Assembly (NCBI GenBank): GCA_018710885.1
Contig: DVJA01000058.1
Coordinates: forward strand, 7,922 to 71,921
Direction of reading: 5' to 3'
From: Candidatus Scatomorpha merdigallinarum
GTDB taxonomy: Bacteria > Bacillota > Clostridia > Oscillospirales > Oscillospiraceae
Length of the DNA stretch: 64,000 bases
Below the pieces are notes generated by a model. It made no database searches and had not been told where the DNA came from. It saw nothing but the letters and a program-made list of their open reading frames with translations. A program made the position numbers and the translations under genes. Within the stretch, counting starts at the first letter, position 1. Every line of letters begins with the position of its first letter. Below, in pieces: positions 39,165-47,130 of the stretch.

Positions 39165-39551
39165 CTATTCAAAAGCATTTTCTATATGGTTGAACTCCTG
39201 CCCTCTCTCGCCGTTGAGGACCTCTATGACGTCAAAGCGCGGTTGCAAATCCGTCTCGTGCTCCGCGAGCCACATTGAGGCCGCCAGCCTCAGCCGGTCC
39301 TGCTTTCTGCGCGTCACGGCCTCACGGGGTTCGCCGAAATCACGCCGCGAACGCATTTTGACCTCGACAAAGACTATGAATCCCCGCGCTGTTCCCGCGA
39401 AAACCCGCGTTCTCCGGCGCTGTTCAGCGATTATGTCTATCTCTCCACCACGGCAGGAGTAGTTCATGGCTATTATCTTGTAGCCCTTAGCGCGCAAATA
39501 TCCCGCGCACTCGGCCTCGGCCGTGCTCCCAAGCAACTGGCTTCTGTCCAT
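39165..39551 (-). CDS. YraN-family (UPF0102) endonuclease-like protein
   Basis: 128 aa. GE.A.YL...GY.I...N....GEIDIIA..FVEVK pattern. Downstream of rnhB as usual. Confidence 0.8.
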   Translation of the reverse strand: MDRSQLLGSTAEAECAGYLRAKGYKIIAMNYSCRGGEIDIIAEQRRRTRVFAGTARGFIVFVEVKMRSRRDFGEPREAVTRRKQDRLRLAASMWLAEHETDLQPRFDVIEVLNGERGQEFNHIENAFE

Positions 39552-40153
39552 CAGTGCATCTTTCTCAGGAAACTCGGCCTGTGTTCAGGGCACGCACCCA
39601 GCTCACGTATAGCTGCGTAGTGCGCTGCCGTGCCGTAGCCCTTGTGCTTTTCGAAACCGTAGCCCGGGTACTTTTCCGCGAGGGCACGCATATACCTGTC
39701 CCTCGTGACTTTGGCGAGGATGCTGGCCGCCGCAATGGAGGCGCACTTGGCGTCGCCGTGTACCACGGTGCGGCTCGGATATTGTATACCCTTGTTCCTA
39801 TTCCCGTCAATCAGGGCGAGGTCGGTTTTCATACCCAGAGCTTCAATGGCCCGGTTCATGGCGAGATATGTCGCGTTGAGTATGTTCAGGCTCTCTATTT
39901 CATCGACGCCGGCGAAGGCAATTCCATATGCCTCGGCGCGCTCACATATCACATCGTAGAGCGCTTCGCGGCGCTTTTCGCTGAGCTTCTTGGAGTCGTT
40001 GAGCCCGGGTATCTCTATGTCCCGCGGCAGGATGACCGCCGCGGCGCACACAGGTCCGGCCAGAGGTCCGCGCCCGGCCTCATCCACTCCGCACACTGCA
40101 CGGAAGCCCTCGGCACGCACTGCGTCCTCTATCTCCCAAAGCGGCGCGCTCAT
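39551..40153 (-). CDS. rnhB: ribonuclease HII
   Basis: 200 aa. [13 protein letters not shown] and DSKKLS motifs. Confidence 0.9.
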   Translation of the reverse strand: MSAPLWEIEDAVRAEGFRAVCGVDEAGRGPLAGPVCAAAVILPRDIEIPGLNDSKKLSEKRREALYDVICERAEAYGIAFAGVDEIESLNILNATYLAMNRAIEALGMKTDLALIDGNRNKGIQYPSRTVVHGDAKCASIAAASILAKVTRDRYMRALAEKYPGYGFEKHKGYGTAAHYAAIRELGACPEHRPSFLRKMH

Positions 40154-41055
40154 GCCTCTGCCTCCGAGCCGGACGAAGTTTGCTCCGGCGGCAGCTCGAG
40201 AGTCATTCTGCCCAGCTTGCCTCCTCTGAACTCATCGAGGAGCACGGCACTCATGCGCTCGGTGTCGTACTCTCCGCGTCCTGCGAGGAAGCCGCGGTTT
40301 TTGGCGCAGCGCTCGAGCATCTCCCAGCCGGCCATTCCCTCTTCGGTCTCCAGCTTATAACGCTGTTTGAGCGCTTCGGGATAGAGCCTTGAAAGCCGCA
40401 CAAGGAAATTTGCCGCCAGGGTCTCGCGGTCGAGCACGTCGTCCTTGATAGCGCCCGTGACGGCCAGAAGCTCTCCGACCTCCTGCGAGTCGAATTTCGG
40501 CCAGAGTATACCGGGGGTGTCGAGCAGTTCAAGACCCCTGTCCACGGTTATCCACTGCCTGCCTCGCGTGACGCCGGGCCTGTCCGAGACCGCTGCGGCT
40601 TTTTTACCGGCCACGCGGTTGATAAACGTGCTCTTTCCGACATTCGGTATGCCGAGCACCATGACCCGCACTGCGCGCGTGGCCTGTCCTTTGGCCGCGC
40701 GCTGCTCGAGCAGCGGCTTCAGCAGGGCGCGCACCGCGCCGGAAAAGGCGTTTACGCCCTTGCCGGATTTGCAGTCTGTCTCAAGCACGGCCAGGCCGCA
40801 GGACTTAAAATACGCCTTCCAGAGCGCGCTGGCCTTGGGGTCGGCCAAATCGGAGCGGTTAAGTAGCACCAGGCGAGGCTTCCCGGCCGCCAGAGTGTCG
40901 ATGTCCGGGTTGCGGCTTGCCATAGGTATGCGCGCGTCTAGTATCTCGCACACGGCGTCAACGTTGCCCACATTGGCGCTTATCATGCGCCCGGCCTTGG
41001 TCATGTGGCCAGGAAACCACTGTATATTCAGTTTTTCAAGGCCGTTTTCGCCCAT
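40150..41055 (-). CDS. rbgA: ribosome biogenesis GTPase A (YlqF/RbgA), circularly permuted
   Basis: G4 (LNRSDL) precedes G1 (GIPNVGKST) and G3 (DTPG). IQWFPGHM N-terminus. Confidence 0.9.
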   Translation of the reverse strand: MGENGLEKLNIQWFPGHMTKAGRMISANVGNVDAVCEILDARIPMASRNPDIDTLAAGKPRLVLLNRSDLADPKASALWKAYFKSCGLAVLETDCKSGKGVNAFSGAVRALLKPLLEQRAAKGQATRAVRVMVLGIPNVGKSTFINRVAGKKAAAVSDRPGVTRGRQWITVDRGLELLDTPGILWPKFDSQEVGELLAVTGAIKDDVLDRETLAANFLVRLSRLYPEALKQRYKLETEEGMAGWEMLERCAKNRGFLAGRGEYDTERMSAVLLDEFRGGKLGRMTLELPPEQTSSGSEAEA

Positions 41056-41636
41056 TAAGAATACACGCTCCCAAAGCTCTTCAGCGGGAAGATAGTGAAA
41101 TACACTTTGCCCATGATGCAGCGCTTGTCAACGCAGCCTATCACGCTGTAGCGGCTATCCGTGGACTGGTTGCGGTTGTCACCCATGACAAATACGCAGC
41201 CCTCATCAACAGTTATCTCGCCGCCGAAGTCATATGATTCATATGTGGGCTCTGCAACATAAGGTTCGTCAAGCGGCTCTCCATCGACATACACAATGCC
41301 AAGGTCGAAGTCTATACTGACGGTCTGCCCCTCCACGGCGATGATGCGTTTTACAAGAGGCTGATCTCGGTATTCATCCTTGCGGAACACAACTATATCC
41401 CCCTGCTTCGGCTCATAGAACAGGTTAGACACTATTATCTTGTCGCCGTTTTCGAGAGTCGGGTGCATGCTCTCGCCCACGACATCCACAAGCCTCACGA
41501 AAAAAGAGAACAACAGCACGCAGGCAATGATTGCAACGACTATGCACTGCATCCAGTCGTAAATGTCCCTGCGCACACTGCGTTCGCCGTTTTCTTCCAC
41601 CGCCTTGGCGGGCGTGTTCTTAGTATTATCCTTCAT
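41055..41636 (-). CDS. lepB: signal peptidase I
   Basis: 193 aa. TM anchor, catalytic Ser box GESMHPTL, Lys box, GDNRNQSTDSR. Confidence 0.9.
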   Translation of the reverse strand: MKDNTKNTPAKAVEENGERSVRRDIYDWMQCIVVAIIACVLLFSFFVRLVDVVGESMHPTLENGDKIIVSNLFYEPKQGDIVVFRKDEYRDQPLVKRIIAVEGQTVSIDFDLGIVYVDGEPLDEPYVAEPTYESYDFGGEITVDEGCVFVMGDNRNQSTDSRYSVIGCVDKRCIMGKVYFTIFPLKSFGSVYS

Positions 41637-41669
41637 CGTATTACCTCGATTGAAAAATGCTGTCCTTTT

Positions 41670-41698
41670 ATTATACAGTCACAGCGCCCTCGTGGCAA
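41670..41698 (-). promoter_or_regulatory. sigma-A promoter of lepB-rbgA-rnhB operon
   Basis: Minus strand TTGCCA, 17 nt, TATAAT, downstream of the rplS terminator. Confidence 0.65.
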
Positions 41699-41727
41699 CA
41701 AAAAATTGAATTGCTGCATATGTACGC

Positions 41728-41756
41728 AAAAACCCGCCGCTTGTGCGGCGGGCTTT
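41728..41756 (-). terminator. intrinsic terminator of rplS
   Basis: AAAGCCCGCCGC-ACAA-GCGGCGGGTTTTT on the minus strand. Confidence 0.8.
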
Positions 41757-41769
41757 GCGAGCCTTTGCG

Positions 41770-42111
41770 TTAGATTCTCTCCTTGACCTTGGCCTTCTTG
41801 CCCACGCGGTCGCGCAGGTAATACAGCTTGGCGCGGCGAACTTTGCCGCGGCGAAGAGTCTCAACGGAGACTATCGTGGGGGAGTGCACCGGGAAGACCT
41901 TTTCGCAGCCGACGCCGTAGCTGATGCGGCGCACGGTTATGGTCTCGTTGATGCCGCCGTGCTTCTTGGCAATGATGGTGCCGTCGAACGCCTGGTTGCG
42001 GACACGGTTGCCTTCCTTGACGCGGACGGTGACGCGCACGGTGTCGCCGACGTTCATCTCGGGAAGCTCGGGCTTCATGTACTTTTCGGTCAGGGTCTGA
42101 ATAAGATCCAT
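41770..42111 (-). CDS. rplS: 50S ribosomal protein L19
   Basis: Start refined to [27 protein letters not shown] is typical of L19. Confidence 0.95.
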   Translation of the reverse strand: MDLIQTLTEKYMKPELPEMNVGDTVRVTVRVKEGNRVRNQAFDGTIIAKKHGGINETITVRRISYGVGCEKVFPVHSPTIVSVETLRRGKVRRAKLYYLRDRVGKKAKVKERI

Positions 42112-42198
42112 TTTGTATCCCTCTTTCGATACGGGCGTTCTTACCGGCGGGACTTCGCCACGGCAGCGGACCGTCCTGAATATGCGCACTGCGCAAGC
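42112..42198 (-). promoter_or_regulatory. rplS 5' leader (possible L19-leader-type autoregulatory element)
   Basis: About 87-nt GC-rich leader with several short hairpins (TGCGCA-G-TGCGCA; GGCG-AAGTCC-CGCC; GTATC-loop containing the SD-GATAC). Not matched to the Rfam model by computation. Confidence 0.3.
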
Positions 42199-42204
42199 TA
42201 AAGT

Positions 42205-42233
42205 ATAATATCACAGTGCAATGTGTTTGGCAA
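42205..42233 (-). promoter_or_regulatory. sigma-A promoter of rplS
   Basis: Minus strand TTGCCA, 17 nt, TATTAT. Leaves an approximately 87-nt leader. Confidence 0.55.
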
Positions 42234-42326
42234 GAGGAAATTTAGATTTTTAAGGTGATTTTGTCTCAGATTCAGCTTCAAGCTTCACTATATATAGTCT
42301 CGCCCGGACTGTGTACAAGCAGCTCC

Positions 42327-42785
42327 TCACTTCAATTGAGCTATCCAGGCGTCCATCGCATCAGTGTCGGCGGCGCTCAGTAATGAGAGCGGCTCTATAA
42401 AAATCGCGCCCTTGGCGAGTTTCTGTGCGTCTTGGGGCATGCGGGCCAGGCCGCTGCCTCCACTGGTGCAGAATATGCCCACACGCTTCCCCTCAAGCGG
42501 GGCGTTGGCGAGGAAGGTGCCTACAGGCGCGGCGAAAGCCCCGCACCAGTTGGGTGAACCGACTAAGACAGTGTCATAGCCGCTGACGTCCGGCATCTCG
42601 GCCAGAGGCGGCTTGGCCTTGGCGCGCAATTCTTCCATAGCGCGCTCCACAACAGCCCTGTACTCCTCGGGGTATGGCTCGGCTGGCTTAAGCTCGAAGG
42701 TATCGGCGCCCAGCTTCTTGGCCATGTACTCTGCCGCAGCGCGAGTTGTGCCGCTGCGGGTGAAATAAACTATCGCAGTTGACAT
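42327..42785 (-). CDS. flavodoxin-family protein
   Basis: Start refined to MSTAIVYFTRSGTT (FMN phosphate-binding loop). Confidence 0.75.
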   Translation of the reverse strand: MSTAIVYFTRSGTTRAAAEYMAKKLGADTFELKPAEPYPEEYRAVVERAMEELRAKAKPPLAEMPDVSGYDTVLVGSPNWCGAFAAPVGTFLANAPLEGKRVGIFCTSGGSGLARMPQDAQKLAKGAIFIEPLSLLSAADTDAMDAWIAQLK

Positions 42786-42899
42786 TGCGATACCTCCTTT
42801 ATTTTTATTATACCACCTCTCCTCGGCAAAAGTCAAAGCTCCCGCCGTCCAACGGCGCGCCGCCCCGGGGAATTTCTCCCGGGACGGCTCCGTTTTTAT

Positions 42900-43877
42900 T
42901 CATGTGCAGGAGGCAAACACTTCGTCGAATATGGCTCCCGGCATGTAGGCGCAGACTCTCACTGCGCTGCCGCCGTACATGACGCAGCCGTTTTCAAAGA
43001 GTCGCACGGGAACGGTCGTGCCGTCTGCCAACTCGAAGTAGAGATGCACCTCGGCGTACTCATAGTCGAAAATGTCGCCGTTTTCGCTCCACGCGCTCCA
43101 CTCCTGCATAGGCGAGACCATGAGCAGGGAGACAAAGGCTTCCAGGCTCTCCGGGTCGAGCTCGTGGCGGTTATCTATATTCTCCTCCCAGTCAGCGTCG
43201 AGGATGTAGTACGCGCCCACGTAGTTTTCGACATGCAGACAGGTTTCAAATAGGTCAGCGCCGCTGTAGAGCGTCATGTCGCTCAGACAGTCGTAGAACT
43301 CTATCAGCCCGTCCGGTCCATCCATGCACAGACGGAAGTTGGTGTCGTAGCCTTTGACACTGTACACGTCGCCGCCGATGCTGGACGCGCCCTCGACGTA
43401 CTCGTCCGCGCCGGACCACTCGTCTATATCTCCCTTGACCGTACAGACATATCCTTCCCTCAACGAAGGGTCGGCGTACTGCCCGGTCTGGACATACATG
43501 CGGCCGTTGTATATGAAAAAGGCCATCATATCCGCTGCAACCCCCGGCTCCGGCGCCTCCGGCATTGGGTCTGGCGAGATGTACACACTGTCCCAAGGAG
43601 GTGCCGGCACCATCACACCGTTGTCCGGCGACACAGACCCTGGTGCAGCCGATGTGTCAACCGCCGGGTTATCGCCGGCCACCGGCTTTATACCCTTCCA
43701 CGGCTGGGCAATACCCAGCACCAGTGCTGTGCAGGCTGCCATGACCGCCACAGCGCCGATAATGCGCCGGCGGCGTGTTTTGCGCTTGCTGCCAGATGTT
43801 GCAGATTCGAGTCTTGCATCCTCTATAGCTTCGTCCGATATGCCGCCGATTGCTTTGAATACATCCCAGTTCGTCAT
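42900..43877 (-). CDS. single-pass membrane protein, putative anti-sigma factor (by position only)
   Basis: ATGA overlap with the ECF sigma stop. About 35-aa cytoplasmic N-terminus, RRRR-TM (IIGAVAVMAACTALVLGIA), about 265-aa extracytoplasmic domain with no motif I recognise. No HxxxCxxC ZAS motif. Confidence 0.4.
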   Translation of the reverse strand: MTNWDVFKAIGGISDEAIEDARLESATSGSKRKTRRRRIIGAVAVMAACTALVLGIAQPWKGIKPVAGDNPAVDTSAAPGSVSPDNGVMVPAPPWDSVYISPDPMPEAPEPGVAADMMAFFIYNGRMYVQTGQYADPSLREGYVCTVKGDIDEWSGADEYVEGASSIGGDVYSVKGYDTNFRLCMDGPDGLIEFYDCLSDMTLYSGADLFETCLHVENYVGAYYILDADWEENIDNRHELDPESLEAFVSLLMVSPMQEWSAWSENGDIFDYEYAEVHLYFELADGTTVPVRLFENGCVMYGGSAVRVCAYMPGAIFDEVFASCT

Positions 43878-44431
43878 ATTAGCTCCTCGCTTTCGAGATA
43901 AGCGCGCAATTTTCTGCGCGTCCTGTGGAGCAGCGAGCGCACGGCTTGTTCTGTCATCCCGTTTTGCCTGGCTATATCCGGCACGGTATCACAGTCGAAA
44001 CAGCGCTGCACGAACACACGCCTTGTCCTGGCATCCTGCTCAAGCACGAACGAATCAACAGCCCGTGCCAGTTCATCGGCGTCCAGGCGCTCCCCCACGC
44101 TTCCAGGCGCCGGTACGCACTCCGAGAGTTCCTCCAGGACTGCCTCCACCTCCCCGCAGCCGCGTTTGGCGGCAGTGTTGTGTTCGAGCCTACCCAGGGC
44201 AGTGTTTCTTGCGCAGCGCGCCAGCCAGGCTCCGAGCGATCTCGGCTTTTCCGGCGGTATGGCTTTCCAGGCGGCCAGGTACACATCCGCTTCGCACTCC
44301 TCTGCGTCGCGTACGGATCCGGTTATGTTCAGCGCTACCCGGCGCAGATATGAGCCGTATCTGGCCCGGCACTCGTCCAGGGCACGCTCTGAACGCCGGT
44401 TGAAAAGCTCGATGATTTCCCTGTCGTCCAT
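43874..44431 (-). CDS. ECF-type RNA polymerase sigma-70 factor
   Basis: Start refined to MDDREIIELF (AAGGAG 7 nt upstream). Region 2 (YLAAWKAI) and region 4 HTH (IPDIARQNGMTEQAVRSLLHRTRRKL). Confidence 0.85.
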   Translation of the reverse strand: MDDREIIELFNRRSERALDECRARYGSYLRRVALNITGSVRDAEECEADVYLAAWKAIPPEKPRSLGAWLARCARNTALGRLEHNTAAKRGCGEVEAVLEELSECVPAPGSVGERLDADELARAVDSFVLEQDARTRRVFVQRCFDCDTVPDIARQNGMTEQAVRSLLHRTRRKLRAYLESEELI

Positions 44432-44676
44432 GAGCACGCTCCTTTCCTCTTGAGGTCCCTCATCTATAAAGTAAGGTTTTTTATCCATGTGTTGCGATCA
44501 AAGCTTCAACTTCAGAATCTTTTTTAACATCTGAGGCGCGCCAGGCACGCATTAAGTTTGCTGCTGAGATTTGCTTCCGGTTGCGTAACCTCAGTGTAAT
44601 TCTGTTACCGGGTCAAAAGCTGTCACAAGGACATATACTGTTCTCGGGGCATCGCCCCAGAGGGAGGAACACACAA

Positions 44677-46059
44677 ATGGGTGTTACTAATTCCAACAAG
44701 CTTATAAATCTCAACAGTATAGACTGTGACGGATCGCTGCGTGTAACGCTTGCGCTCACCGCAGCGCCCGATATTATAACTAATCCAACCGATATCGTCC
44801 TCGTGCTCGACCGCTCCGGCAGCATGACGGGCACGCCGCTTTCCAACATGAAAACCGGCGCCAAGACCTTTATCGACATCATCGCCGAGTCCACCGGTGG
44901 CACCGCCAGCGGGCAGATAGGCTCCGGCAGCCGTATAGGCATAGTCAGTTTTGCCGATACGGCAATGGACAATACGCAGCTCATCACTTCCGTCGATGCG
45001 CTTAAAAACGCCGTTGACGCCCTGGTAGCGCTCGGCAACACCAATCACGCCGACGCCTTCACCAAGGCGCTCGGTCTATTTGACCCCAACTCAAGCAACG
45101 CAAGAGTAATTGTAATGTTCACCGACGGTAAGACCACGGCCGGAGGCCCGCCTGCTCCGATTGCCGCGCAGGCTAAAGCCCAGGGCGTCATAATCTACTG
45201 CATCGGCCTAATCGGCTCTGACGGCATTGACGTCCCCACACTTGAAGAGTGGGCCAGCGACCCGTCAGCCACGCACGTGGCCGTCACCCCGGATTCTGCC
45301 GAGCTTGAAGAGCTGTTCAAAGAACTGGCTGAAAACATCTCCAAAACCGGTGCCACCAACATCGTGATAGACGAAAAGGTGGCCTCCGACTTCGTGATAA
45401 CCAGTATTGTTACTCCCGACCGTGGCACTGCCACCATGACGGACAGCCGCACGCTGCGCTGGACGATACCTGAACTCGGCGTATCTGCCAGCGAAAGCGC
45501 GCTGCTTGAGTTCTATATCCGGCACACGTCTCAGAACCCCGGCACGAAACTGGTAAACGAGTCAATCACCTACTCTGACAGCGAGGGCAATGTTGTGGTC
45601 TTCCCCGCTCCCACTGTCGAAGTGAACTGCGGCATTGTCGTGAACCCGGAAGAGTGCCCTGTGCCAGTTGACTTGGCGGTCTCCGGCTGTTCCGACTCTG
45701 TGCTCGTGGACCTTGGCAATGTCGAACTAGAATCGCTCGGACGCATCATTCAAGCCGATGTGACAATTAAGAACGTCTGCCCCGGCAAGCGCGTGGCCCT
45801 GGCTGCAATACTGACTGAGGTTGACGGTGAGGGCATGGAATACCAGCGCGGCATGAAAACTGTAGCCATCCCTGCGCACACCCAGCCCTCCTGCCGTGAC
45901 GTGCTGGTCAGGTGCATCAAATTCGTGGTCCCGGAAAGCCTGGCTGAAAACGGCGAGCCTGTCGGCGCCATGTGCGGCGACCGCCAGTTTAAGATGCGTT
46001 TTATCGCCCACTATATCGACACCGATTACCGCTGCTGCGAGGCAGAAGTAACCCTGTAA
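44677..46059 (+). CDS. von Willebrand factor A (MIDAS) domain protein with beta-rich middle domain and Cys-rich C-terminus; no signal peptide
   Basis: Start refined to ATG 44677 (AGGGAGG at 44661-44667). MIDAS DRSGSMTG, GNTN, MFTDGK. About 10 Cys in the last 150 aa, ending YRCCEAEVTL. Confidence 0.8.
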   Translation: MGVTNSNKLINLNSIDCDGSLRVTLALTAAPDIITNPTDIVLVLDRSGSMTGTPLSNMKTGAKTFIDIIAESTGGTASGQIGSGSRIGIVSFADTAMDNTQLITSVDALKNAVDALVALGNTNHADAFTKALGLFDPNSSNARVIVMFTDGKTTAGGPPAPIAAQAKAQGVIIYCIGLIGSDGIDVPTLEEWASDPSATHVAVTPDSAELEELFKELAENISKTGATNIVIDEKVASDFVITSIVTPDRGTATMTDSRTLRWTIPELGVSASESALLEFYIRHTSQNPGTKLVNESITYSDSEGNVVVFPAPTVEVNCGIVVNPEECPVPVDLAVSGCSDSVLVDLGNVELESLGRIIQADVTIKNVCPGKRVALAAILTEVDGEGMEYQRGMKTVAIPAHTQPSCRDVLVRCIKFVVPESLAENGEPVGAMCGDRQFKMRFIAHYIDTDYRCCEAEVTL

Positions 46060-46079
46060 ACAAGCAAGCCGAATTGGAA

Positions 46080-46103
46080 GAGGCCCGCCGTACGGCGGGC
46101 CTC
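46080..46103. terminator. shared hairpin between the convergent VWA gene and EF-Tu-like gene
   Basis: gaggcccgccg / cggcgggcctc, GC-rich 11-bp inverted repeat. Poor U-tracts on both sides. Confidence 0.55.
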
Positions 46104-46122
46104 ATTGCTGTTCACTTAGTGT

Positions 46123-46647
46123 TTACCACGGAAGATTTGCCACTATGTCCTTTAGAAGCTCTTCCAGGGCCGAGATGCCGGCTTCAATCTGCCCATAGAC
46201 GGCGGCACGTGCGGAGCCGGCTATAAATTTGAGGTTATCGTATGGCACATCGCTATTATAGAGCTGACGGCAGGTATCAATCTGCACCAGCTCAATAAGT
46301 TCGTCGTCGTAGTCGATGAGGTCGCATTTGTTGAAAAATACACCCTTAAACTTCAAATCCTTGCCCGGCAGGAGCTCGTCGAGGTCCATCGGCCCGTCGT
46401 CGGCCGCCACGACCAGATACCACATGTCTGCTTCCGGAACGGCAACGTCAAAATCTGAGAAGTGTGTCTCCAGTATGTAGAGTTCTATGCCCTTCATCCG
46501 GATGCAGCAGCCGCCCGGCACCGCGCCGCCCGCGCCACCTCTGGCGGCGAACTCGGACAGCAGGTACAGAATTTCAGACATACCCACACCCTCTGTGCCG
46601 AGAAGTCTGATAATTGCCCGCCTTGATGCATTGATACCAGCACTCAT
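46123..46647 (-). CDS. EF-Tu G-domain-like protein with degenerate P-loop and switch II (putative pseudo-GTPase)
   Basis: By-eye alignment to EF-Tu domain I: LVVAADDGPM, VFFNKCDLIDYDDELIELVQ, FIAGSARAA. The P-loop equivalent is GTEGVGMS (Lys to Met). No DxxGH. Start taken at the second ATG (GGAG 8 nt upstream). Confidence 0.6.
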   Translation of the reverse strand: MSAGINASRRAIIRLLGTEGVGMSEILYLLSEFAARGGAGGAVPGGCCIRMKGIELYILETHFSDFDVAVPEADMWYLVVAADDGPMDLDELLPGKDLKFKGVFFNKCDLIDYDDELIELVQIDTCRQLYNSDVPYDNLKFIAGSARAAVYGQIEAGISALEELLKDIVANLPW

Positions 46648-46665
46648 GTTCATTACTCCTGTCCT

Positions 46666-47130
46666 TTAGTTTTTGCCGTGCGCGGCGAAGTACTCCTTGA
46701 GCACTTCCAGCGCCGCTTCACGGCATGCGCCTAGGGTTACAGAGATGTTTGCGCCTGAACTTTCAAATACAATACGGCTGCACTCACTGCCCTGTACTCC
46801 GAGCAGCGCGCAGAGGTCAATATCGCTCGCCCCGTAGACGAGCCGCCCGAGTTTGGCCCAGACCATAGCGCCGGAACACATGAAACAGGGCTCGCAGCTC
46901 GTATAGAGCGTGTACTCGCTCAAATCGGTAATGCCTGTCTCACGGGTAAAGCGGCGTATGAGGCCGATTTCCGCATGCTCGGTGTGGTCATGAGCCGTAT
47001 ATATCTGGTTTTCATTGCGGCAAACTATTTTGCCGTCTTTCACCAGCACGGCGCCGAAGGGCTCGTTGCCGTGGAGAACAGCTTCGCGCGAGAGGCGCAC
47101 CGCCTCGCGCATGAAAACTTCATCGCTCAA
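46666..47130 (-). CDS. CDA-fold nucleoside/nucleotide deaminase (TadA/GuaD-like)
   Basis: 154 aa. Zinc motifs HAEIGLI and CEPCFMCSGA. Confidence 0.8.
   Translation of the reverse strand: MSDEVFMREAVRLSREAVLHGNEPFGAVLVKDGKIVCRNENQIYTAHDHTEHAEIGLIRRFTRETGITDLSEYTLYTSCEPCFMCSGAMVWAKLGRLVYGASDIDLCALLGVQGSECSRIVFESSGANISVTLGACREAALEVLKEYFAAHGKN

Noticed and set aside
43354-44403. 349-aa plus-strand ORF
   Set aside because: Antisense to the ECF sigma and its membrane partner. Pro/Ser/Ala/Arg-rich junk translation.
44632-44639. CATATACT upstream of the VWA gene as a sigma-E/sigma-K type -10 element
   Set aside because: It has one mismatch to either consensus, and I found no acceptable -35 element (AC or ATA-type) at the right spacing. 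Too weak to annotate, and mentioned only as a lead for the spore-coat hypothesis.
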